A stretch of 64,000 nt of DNA from a virus (Duplodnaviria; Heunggongvirae; Uroviricota; Caudoviricetes). Position numbers and translations under genes: made by a program. Below the pieces are notes generated by a model. That model was not told where the DNA came from and ran no database searches. It was given only the letters and a program-made list of their open reading frames with translations. Positions 52,910-59,818 of this stretch are shown here, piece after piece. The stretch covers positions 63,909 through 127,908 of IMG/VR virus record IMGVR_UViG_3300029509_000119. The stretch is one strand, 5' to 3'. Within the stretch, counting starts at the first letter, position 1. Each line of letters opens with the position of its first letter.

Positions 52910-53169
52910 ATCTTGCACCATGCCCGTTCTGCGACGGCACCGTGCATCTCGTGTTCGACCGCGATTTCCGGCGCGGCGTCCGCTATGGAATCGTCCACGA
53001 ACGGCCTTGCTCGCTTTTGCCGACCTTATGGGCGGCGTACGGGGTTGAATCCGATACGCTCGCCCGCTGTTGGAACCAACGGTATGGGGTGGCGAACCGG
53101 CTGCGAGCATTGGGTGAGGATGGGCTGGCTGACAAGCTGGCTTACGAGGGGGTTGGTTTACCTTCGTGA
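52906..53169 (+). CDS. Lar-family restriction-alleviation protein-like
   Basis: GTG start overlapping the upstream stop. 'LAPCPFCDGTVHL ... ARCWNQRYG' resembles the Lar N-terminal zinc-ribbon signature (CPFCG). Confidence 0.5.
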   Translation: MNLAPCPFCDGTVHLVFDRDFRRGVRYGIVHERPCSLLPTLWAAYGVESDTLARCWNQRYGVANRLRALGEDGLADKLAYEGVGLPS

Positions 53170-53176
53170 CCGAATG

Positions 53177-53204
53177 TGTTATACTGGGGGTGTTCACATA
53201 AAAA
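53177..53204 (+). promoter_or_regulatory. copy of conserved promoter/leader motif
   Basis: gTGTTATACTGGGGGTGTTCACATAAAA. Confidence 0.5.
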
Positions 53205-53247
53205 CCAGTCAGAAAAGAGACCACCATCCCGATTTGGAGCAGCAACA

Positions 53248-53874
53248 ATGCATAGCCTATACAAGACCGCAGGTAAATGCACTCTCAATCGAAACAAAGT
53301 GCGTTACCCCAACCAAAAGGAAGCCCAACTCGCCTTGGCTGTCATCAAAGGACGAGGCAATCCGAAACACACGGAGAAACGCGCATACCATTGCCCCGTC
53401 TGCCACGGATGGCATCTGACCAGCGCCGAAACCGTGAACGACACCATCCTGTCCGGAAGCGTACTCCAGCATACAAATCCAAACGCGTTCAACACCGGCA
53501 TGGAAGCGTTCAAATCCGGTTCCAGACAAGGCAGATACTCCATCAGCAAGGCAAGCCTGACCCGGCGTGTGCGACACCTGCTCCACCTGTTCGCAGCCAA
53601 CGACATTCCGGAGGATTCGTGGGACAACCCATGGTTGTGGGCCACCCTCCGATTCCAAATCATGTGGCATGGCGGCGATGAAAAAGCGGAACAACTGCTG
53701 TCCACTTCGAAAAAGACCGTCAAAATCGCGGGAGACATGCTCGCAGAAGACAAGACGCCGTTCCTTCGCGTGGCTGAAAACCGGAAGGAAGCAAGACGAT
53801 TGCATGATACGCCACTGCCCGCATGGTTGGCCGTGGCATTATTGGCGGATAAAGGAAAGGAACAGGAAAGGTGA
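53248..53874 (+). CDS. hypothetical protein with 'YHCPVCHGWHLTS' zinc-ribbon-like motif
   Basis: ORF 53176..53874 started at 'MHSLYKT...'. 208 aa. Confidence 0.5.
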   Translation: MHSLYKTAGKCTLNRNKVRYPNQKEAQLALAVIKGRGNPKHTEKRAYHCPVCHGWHLTSAETVNDTILSGSVLQHTNPNAFNTGMEAFKSGSRQGRYSISKASLTRRVRHLLHLFAANDIPEDSWDNPWLWATLRFQIMWHGGDEKAEQLLSTSKKTVKIAGDMLAEDKTPFLRVAENRKEARRLHDTPLPAWLAVALLADKGKEQER

Positions 53875-54044
53875 ATGAAGAAGAGCTGAAAGAGAGGGCT
53901 ATCCGTTCCCTTCTCCAATCGAGCCTCGGCAAAGTCTCCCCGGCGGAAGCGTTCGTCATCGGATGGCGCAAAGGCTGGGATGAGGCGTTAGACGTGGCTT
54001 TGGAAATCGTTCGCAAGGAACTCGACGGCGAGGAAGAGTGCTGA
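53871..54044 (+). CDS. possible small protein (57 aa)
   Basis: GTG at 53871 overlapping the previous stop, with an AAGGAAAGG RBS. VNEEELKERAIRSLLQSSLGKVSPAEAFVIGWRKGWDEALDVALEIVRKELDGEEEC. Not in the ORF track. Confidence 0.3.
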   Translation: MNEEELKERAIRSLLQSSLGKVSPAEAFVIGWRKGWDEALDVALEIVRKELDGEEEC

Positions 54045-54086
54045 ATCACCTATCCAGCAGCAACAATTAGAAAGGAACTAAAACAT

Positions 54087-55142
54087 ATGGTTCGAAAAAT
54101 GGTGAGCGTGCAAGCCATCGAAGGCGTGTACCCAATCAAGGATGCAGACCGTATCGAGAAAGCGAAAATCGGAGGATGGATTGTCGTAGTCGCCAAGGAC
54201 ATGGGATTGAAACCCGGCGACCATGTGGCCTATTACGAAATCGACTCCATGCTGCCCGCCGACGACCCACGGTATGCGGAATTGCAGAAACGTGGACAGC
54301 GCACCGTGCCAGTGTCCAACACGATTACCGGCGAAGAACGCGAAATCACCGGACACGTGTTGAAGACCGCAAGACTGCGAGGCGTATACAGTCAGGGTTT
54401 GGTCATGCCGCTCTCGACTATTGGCGTGCCGGAGGATACTCCGGTCGGCACCGACGTCACCTTGCAGGCGAACGTGTGGAAATTCGAGGAACTACCGCCT
54501 TTGAAAGGCGGGGATATGGTTGGCGTGTTCAACGCGCCATGCTCCAAGTCGGACGCTACGCGAGTGCAGAATCTCACCGCGTATTGGGATGAAATCAAAC
54601 GGATTGCGTGGACGCCAACCGTGAAAGTGGATGGCACCAGCACCACAATCTACCGTGACATGGATGATATGGTTCACGTCTATTCTCGAAATTGGGAGTT
54701 GAAGCCGGAATGCACGAACATGCAAGTGGCGGTGAAAACCGGATTGGTTGACGCGTTGGAGAAAGGCATGGTCTGCCAGTTCGAGCTGTGCGGACCAAGT
54801 GTCAACAGCAACAGGTTGAAGCTCGCCTCCTATCGTCCATTCGTGTTCGCCGTATGGCGGGACGGCATGAAACTCGACCGCGAGGATTGGCCGAAAGCCA
54901 TGCTCGACAATGCCGCTCCCCTGTTGGACGAGGACGAATGGAAGCCGACCGGCGATGTGATGGACATGATTGCCAAAGTGGACGGTCTGCGCGGCAACGT
55001 GACCCGCGACTTGTTGGATGAAGGTATCGTCTGGCATGCGAAAGCGGGCGAACGGTTGAGCGACGACCTATATGACGAGCTTGGCGGCAACCGTTGCTTC
55101 AAAATCATCAATAATAAGTATCTGACCAAGCACGGTCTGTGA
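54087..55142 (+). CDS. ATP-dependent RNA ligase (DRB0094/Rnl-like, KxDG adenylyltransferase)
   Basis: Nucleotidyltransferase motif I 'TPTVKVDGTS' (lysine in KxDG). N-terminal 'IEGVYPIKDADRIEKAKIGGWIVVVAKD' resembles the DRB0094-family N-domain. 351 aa. Confidence 0.6.
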   Translation: MVRKMVSVQAIEGVYPIKDADRIEKAKIGGWIVVVAKDMGLKPGDHVAYYEIDSMLPADDPRYAELQKRGQRTVPVSNTITGEEREITGHVLKTARLRGVYSQGLVMPLSTIGVPEDTPVGTDVTLQANVWKFEELPPLKGGDMVGVFNAPCSKSDATRVQNLTAYWDEIKRIAWTPTVKVDGTSTTIYRDMDDMVHVYSRNWELKPECTNMQVAVKTGLVDALEKGMVCQFELCGPSVNSNRLKLASYRPFVFAVWRDGMKLDREDWPKAMLDNAAPLLDEDEWKPTGDVMDMIAKVDGLRGNVTRDLLDEGIVWHAKAGERLSDDLYDELGGNRCFKIINNKYLTKHGL

Positions 55143-55149
55143 TGCGGAA

Positions 55150-55179
55150 CAGGGCTATGGGGTTTTCCCTCAAGCCCTG
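55150..55179 (+). terminator. stem-loop immediately after the RNA ligase stop
   Basis: cagggct...agccctg, 7-bp stem with a 16-nt loop. Followed directly by a promoter copy. Confidence 0.3.
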
Positions 55180-55182
55180 TTC

Positions 55183-55206
55183 TGTTATATTGGGAGTATT
55201 CGCACC
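55183..55206 (+). promoter_or_regulatory. degenerate copy of conserved promoter/leader motif
   Basis: cTGTTATATTGGGAGTATTCGCACC. Confidence 0.35.
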
Positions 55207-55229
55207 GTCAGATGGATTAGAGGTCGGTC

Positions 55230-55628
55230 TTGCCAATGCAACCAGAAAACACCGGAGAACTCACCACTGTTATCGACCCCACGTCCATCACACGCATGGC
55301 GTCCAGCCGTCCGGACAATAGGGAAACCACTATGTATGGCAGACACGGCAAACATGATGGCAAGCCAGTAAGAATCAGAAAGACACGCGTTAAACCCGAT
55401 AGACCAAAACGTCCCGTGGAGCAAATCATGCCGTTTATCATGCTCACAATCAGCATCGTATATATGGCTGGAATGGTGCCACTTCTTTGGCTTATGCCGG
55501 TTTCAGAACCGGAGAATATGATTGTTCGTCCTATCCTGACCGGTTTGGTCGGTATGGCGGCGGTTTCCGCCGACGTTCCGGCTTGGGTATATTTCGCTGG
55601 TTGGCGTCGGAATTCGCGGAAAAGCTGA
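55230..55628 (+). CDS. membrane protein
   Basis: 132 aa with C-terminal TM helices 'IMPFIMLTISIVYMAGMVPLLWLM' and 'PILTGLVGMAAVSA'. Confidence 0.45.
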   Translation: MPMQPENTGELTTVIDPTSITRMASSRPDNRETTMYGRHGKHDGKPVRIRKTRVKPDRPKRPVEQIMPFIMLTISIVYMAGMVPLLWLMPVSEPENMIVRPILTGLVGMAAVSADVPAWVYFAGWRRNSRKS

Positions 55629-55643
55629 ACCTGAACTTTTTCT

Positions 55644-55668
55644 TGTTATACTGGAATCAGCCACATTT
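55644..55668 (+). promoter_or_regulatory. copy of conserved promoter/leader motif
   Basis: tTGTTATACTGGAATCAGCCACATTT. Confidence 0.5.
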
Positions 55669-55689
55669 TAGTAAAAGCAAGGAAAACAC

Positions 55690-55959
55690 ATGCCTAGAAC
55701 CACATTGGCCGATGTCGCGTCCGACTATGTGCGCAAACATCAGCACGAACGACAATGCCGACAACTCGACTCCAACAGCCGCGTCACGCTCACAGTAATC
55801 CAAAACCAGTGGGCGAAACTCGCCGGACAGGAACCCATGACCATTTTCGACGCGCCGGAAGTCGTAATCAGAAGCATCGAAAACACGCAACGCGGACACG
55901 AACTGTTCGACCGGACGAAAGAATCAAACGGCGTCGTCTACTACGGGCTGAAGAAATGA
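55690..55959 (+). CDS. hypothetical protein
   Basis: 89 aa. RBS AGCAAGGAAAACAC. Confidence 0.5.
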   Translation: MPRTTLADVASDYVRKHQHERQCRQLDSNSRVTLTVIQNQWAKLAGQEPMTIFDAPEVVIRSIENTQRGHELFDRTKESNGVVYYGLKK

Positions 55960-56357
55960 AAGGGAAAATGTCGGGCACCATTGAAACCTTCGTGCAAGTC
56001 AAGCTCATATTGGCGGACAATCCAGAGGATGGCGGATATTGGCGTACCTGTTGGGACTTATCCGACAATGGGTACGCCATGGACGAATTGCTGAAATCGG
56101 GAAAACTGGAATCAGGTGAAACCGTCCTTCTGTCCACCGGACTATTGCGCAACATGCTTGTCAAAGCGCAAAAAGACGCTCGCGGATTCCAGAACACTCC
56201 TCTAAGCGAATGCTCGCACGGCAGTGAGGCGGAACGGAAAAAGCAGGCTTACAGGTTCGCGGAAATCCTGAACCATGCCCTCTGCGAGGGTTCTCCGGCT
56301 TATTGTTCGGCAGTCGAGCCGAACTTGGATTTGTCGTTCCCGGATTTCGAGGATTGA
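55956..56357 (+). CDS. hypothetical protein
   Basis: ATG at 55956 (ATGA overlap). 133 aa. Confidence 0.5.
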   Translation: MKGKMSGTIETFVQVKLILADNPEDGGYWRTCWDLSDNGYAMDELLKSGKLESGETVLLSTGLLRNMLVKAQKDARGFQNTPLSECSHGSEAERKKQAYRFAEILNHALCEGSPAYCSAVEPNLDLSFPDFED

Positions 56358-56363
56358 GTCGCA

Positions 56364-56873
56364 TTGGGTAGACATTCTAAAAAGAAACCCCGTACGGTTC
56401 CCGCCTCCACCGAGGAGCAGTCGTTCTATGGCATCATCGCCGCCGGTGTGCGGGATGGTGAACTCTGGGTTAGAAAACGTGTGAGACGGTTTGTCGCTAC
56501 CGTTTTGTCTCTGCTTGTATCCATCGCCCTCTGCTGTTGCGGGACGTTCCTTTGGTGGGATACTCAAGGCAAGGTGAAACGCGCACGTATGGAAGCGGAG
56601 AACTCCTGTATCCAGCAGGTCGGCAGCATGACGGAATCATACAATGAAGCGTTCCGCCTGTACGGTCAGGTTGCTTCCAAGTTCGGTGAATTGGACGAAT
56701 CGTATGATTTGGACGCTTTGGCCGCTTTGCAGGACAAGAAGCCGGAGGGATATAAGCTGCTGCATTGCGATACGGATGTGGATGGGGATGTGAGGGAGGC
56801 CAAGGCTTTGAAGCGTTCCTTCGACCGGTTGGCTGTTGAGTATCGCAAGGCTTTGACCCCCGTCGGAAAATAG
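56364..56873 (+). CDS. membrane-anchored hypothetical protein
   Basis: Non-ATG start (uncertain). TM 'FVATVLSLLVSIALCCCGTFLWW'. 169 aa. Confidence 0.4.
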   Translation: MGRHSKKKPRTVPASTEEQSFYGIIAAGVRDGELWVRKRVRRFVATVLSLLVSIALCCCGTFLWWDTQGKVKRARMEAENSCIQQVGSMTESYNEAFRLYGQVASKFGELDESYDLDALAALQDKKPEGYKLLHCDTDVDGDVREAKALKRSFDRLAVEYRKALTPVGK

Positions 56874-56921
56874 TTGCCATAGCGCTGGGGTTGATTCCCC
56901 GCCTACCTTTAAACACTCTCG

Positions 56922-56948
56922 CGTTATATTGGGTTTGTCCACATATGG
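56922..56948 (+). promoter_or_regulatory. copy of conserved promoter/leader motif
   Basis: gCGTTATATTGGGTTTGTCCACATATGG. Confidence 0.45.
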
Positions 56949-56960
56949 TAATATGAGGTC

Positions 56961-57494
56961 ATGACTGGCATAACCCATGAAAAAGAAATCCTGATGATTA
57001 GAATCGGATACGCACCCCGACGAGGCCGCGTATACTTCCAACCGCGAACCGTAATGCAGGAATACCTCCGATTCAGCGAACAGCACGACGACCACATCCT
57101 CTGGAAATGCGGCATCATCGGAGTCATGCGAAACGTGGAGCAGGTCATCCTGTACGCGCACGACGAAGACCTCATGCTCATAGGCGAAGTCGCCGGTTTC
57201 GGAAGCCCCTACAATCCACGGACATGGGACGAGGGAAGCTTCTACCAATGTCCTAAACCTTGGTCGATGGAACCCGCGAAATACTGGATAGCGTTGGATA
57301 ATTTGAGACCGTTGGAGGACTTCGACCCCGACATGTACGAACTCGCAGCCGGTAAGGACGAAGGCAAGCCGCTGTCTCTCGTGTTCGAACGGAAGGTGCC
57401 CATGCTCACCATGGCGGATTCCGAAGGCAATCGCAGGAAGGTGACGACTTCCCGTCGTTCCGTCCTTACGCGCGTCCGACTCCGAGAAGTGTGA
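56961..57494 (+). CDS. hypothetical protein
   Basis: 177 aa with an ATG start. The antisense ORF 56637..57515 is antisense-like in composition. Confidence 0.5.
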   Translation: MTGITHEKEILMIRIGYAPRRGRVYFQPRTVMQEYLRFSEQHDDHILWKCGIIGVMRNVEQVILYAHDEDLMLIGEVAGFGSPYNPRTWDEGSFYQCPKPWSMEPAKYWIALDNLRPLEDFDPDMYELAAGKDEGKPLSLVFERKVPMLTMADSEGNRRKVTTSRRSVLTRVRLREV

Positions 57495-57527
57495 ATGATT
57501 CCAGTATTTGGACATATTTTACGCAAA

Positions 57528-57554
57528 CCACTATACTGGAATCAGTCACATAAG
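57528..57554 (+). promoter_or_regulatory. copy of conserved promoter/leader motif, preceded by an inverted copy of its core at 57489..57520
   Basis: ccaCTATACTGGAATCAGTCACATAAG. Upstream 'gtgtgaatgattccagtat' is the reverse complement of the core (17 of 18 identical to the + copy), giving an ~18-bp inverted repeat with a ~25-bp spacer. Confidence 0.5.
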
Positions 57555-57568
57555 AGTAAGGATATACC

Positions 57569-58096
57569 ATGACGGAAACAACACTCATGGACAGACGAGC
57601 GGTATTCATGCGAATCAGCACGGAATCCGACCTCATCGGCAAAGCGAGCGTCAAACCCGACAAGAACACCATCATCCGCTACAACTGGCGCGAAGCGGAC
57701 AGCATGCTGGACGAAATCGTCAAACATGCGGAACAGAACGACGGCAAGGTCATCATCCCGTTCGACAGCATCGTCTCCGTCCGTTCATTGGACATCTGCT
57801 CCCGATTCATCCTCTGGCGCACCGATGGAAAATATCTGGTCGGAAAACTGTTCGAATCCGGAGAGAACTACAAGCACGGGATGGACGATAGGGACGGCTA
57901 TACGACCCCGAAAGCGTTGCGGGCCAAAGCGGCGTCCCGCTGGGTGAAGCTCAGCGAAGTCCAGAATGGAGAGGACTTCCCGTTCGAGGATTGGTATATC
58001 GAAGCGTACCGTCACCGCTCCCACAGCAAAACCCCTTTGGGAGAGGCTTTGCAGCACAGCCATATGAACGTCATGTTCGCATACGAGGAGGATTGA
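57569..58096 (+). CDS. hypothetical protein
   Basis: 175 aa. RBS AGTAAGGATATACC. Confidence 0.5.
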   Translation: MTETTLMDRRAVFMRISTESDLIGKASVKPDKNTIIRYNWREADSMLDEIVKHAEQNDGKVIIPFDSIVSVRSLDICSRFILWRTDGKYLVGKLFESGENYKHGMDDRDGYTTPKALRAKAASRWVKLSEVQNGEDFPFEDWYIEAYRHRSHSKTPLGEALQHSHMNVMFAYEED

Positions 58097-58097
58097 G

Positions 58098-58415
58098 ATG
58101 CCGAAAATCATCATACCGGGCAAACGCCTCACAGCCGACGTCACCCATAAGATTCAACCAATGATTAAAGTCACCGACACGGAAGGGAAGGAATGGTTCG
58201 CACGGGCCATGTTCCTCAATCTGAACCGTGGTACGGGAGACAAGTGGGAGGTTGAAGACCTGAGCCTGTCCATTGCGGCGAAACCAAATTACGCGTTCTA
58301 CAAGAATCCGAAGCTTGGCGTGGACATCAGTCTGGAACAGAATCCGGAACTCAAGGAACTGGTTGACGAATACATGCTCGTAGTCAAAAGGGACACCGCT
58401 CAGGCAGGAGCCTAA
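58098..58415 (+). CDS. hypothetical protein
   Basis: 105 aa. RBS GAGGAGGATTGAG. Confidence 0.5.
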   Translation: MPKIIIPGKRLTADVTHKIQPMIKVTDTEGKEWFARAMFLNLNRGTGDKWEVEDLSLSIAAKPNYAFYKNPKLGVDISLEQNPELKELVDEYMLVVKRDTAQAGA

Positions 58416-58439
58416 CCCCTTATAACAGCAAGGACGGCA

Positions 58440-58486
58440 CCTCCGTTTCGTGTAAGGTTGTTTACAGCGAAACGGAGGTTTTTCTT
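58440..58486 (+). terminator. rho-independent terminator
   Basis: cctccgtttcg...cgaaacggagg, an 11-bp stem, followed by TTTTTCTTTC. Confidence 0.6.
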
Positions 58487-58488
58487 TC

Positions 58489-59673
58489 ATGGTGTACAAT
58501 CCGTCAGAACCGCGCGACCCGCTGGGCAAATGGGTCAAAGAGCATGGTGGCGCTTCGATTGAGGATGTCGTCTCCAAAACCAGTACGGTCGATTTGGAGA
58601 ACATGGCCTTGGACGATAGGACTCCGACAGCCGTGCTGAACAATCTCGCCACGACCGAATACGGGTTCAACCATCCATTCGACGAGGACATGACCTATCC
58701 GAATGCGAACGGCGAACCGCCAAAAGACAAGCGGGAGAACCGGTACAATTACGAGCAACAATCGGTCAGATACGACACTAAGGTTCGCTGCACGGCAATC
58801 GAACGCGGTGCCGACGATACCGCGTTGAGCGTATGCCGGTTCGACGACAATCCGCAAATCCGCAATGCGGTGGCCCGTAACACCGAGGACGCGCACACGC
58901 TGGACGTTCTCTCGTCCGACGAGTCGTGGAAGGTTCGCGGTGCCGTGGCGGGCAATCCCCATACTCCGAAAAACGTGACGGAAAGACTGTTGAACGACAA
59001 TGAGGCCATCGTCCGTGCGGAAACGTTGAAACGTTCGGATTTGAGTTCCGAACAGATTCGAAAAGCCGTGAATGACGCTTTGGAGCCAACCTCCCATAAG
59101 TCGGGTGCCGTGACTGATGACATGACGAAAATCATCCGTGCCGCGTCCGGCAATTGGCAGGCCGACGCCGATACGCTTCACGAATGTCTTCGTTTGAATG
59201 ATTATGAGACTCAGCGGAATGTCGCGGAGCATGAGCATACGTCTCAGGAGGATTTGCACCGGCTGGCTTCCAGCGAGGATAGCGCTGTCCGCGAGCAGGT
59301 GGCGTTCAATCCCCATGCGTCATCGGCTACGTTGAGCTTTTTGTCCTACGATGATTGGACTCAGACCCGTGTCAACGTGGCGGGCAATCCTAACACGACT
59401 CCCGATACGTTGGAGTACATGTCGAACCAGTGGAGTCCGCATGTGAAGCGTGCCATCGCCGTGAACTCAAACGCCCCCGTAGATACGTTGAGAAAGCTGT
59501 CCCACGATTCAGACAAGACCGTGAGACGATTGGCTTATTCCGGACTGAAGCAAAAAGGTGAGAAACCCATCGACAAGCCGTTCAAACCGGACAAGCCGGT
59601 CGAAGACGACAATCCCGGAAAATACATGAGCGCCGATTTCGACCCCTTGGAGTTCTTCGGTTTGGATAACTGA
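58489..59673 (+). CDS. leucine-rich-repeat-variant (LRV)/HEAT-like repeat protein
   Basis: Tandem ~24-aa units of the form '..D.NPQIRNAVARNTEDAHTLDVLSSDESWKVRGAVAGNPHTP..'. 394 aa. Confidence 0.6.
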   Translation: MVYNPSEPRDPLGKWVKEHGGASIEDVVSKTSTVDLENMALDDRTPTAVLNNLATTEYGFNHPFDEDMTYPNANGEPPKDKRENRYNYEQQSVRYDTKVRCTAIERGADDTALSVCRFDDNPQIRNAVARNTEDAHTLDVLSSDESWKVRGAVAGNPHTPKNVTERLLNDNEAIVRAETLKRSDLSSEQIRKAVNDALEPTSHKSGAVTDDMTKIIRAASGNWQADADTLHECLRLNDYETQRNVAEHEHTSQEDLHRLASSEDSAVREQVAFNPHASSATLSFLSYDDWTQTRVNVAGNPNTTPDTLEYMSNQWSPHVKRAIAVNSNAPVDTLRKLSHDSDKTVRRLAYSGLKQKGEKPIDKPFKPDKPVEDDNPGKYMSADFDPLEFFGLDN

Positions 59674-59687
59674 AAACACGTTCCAAA

Positions 59688-59735
59688 AATCCCTCCTCAA
59701 ACATCCATCCCAGAGGAGGGATTTTTCCGTTTTTA
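59688..59735 (+). terminator. rho-independent terminator
   Basis: aaatccctcctc...gaggagggattt, a perfect 12-bp stem, then TTTTCCGTTTTT. Confidence 0.55.
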
Positions 59736-59818
59736 GAAGGTTTATAACATTTGGAGCCGTTAGAGTCGAAACCAGCAATGTAGAAAAATTCCACAAAATC
59801 GAAAGCGATTGACCCGAA

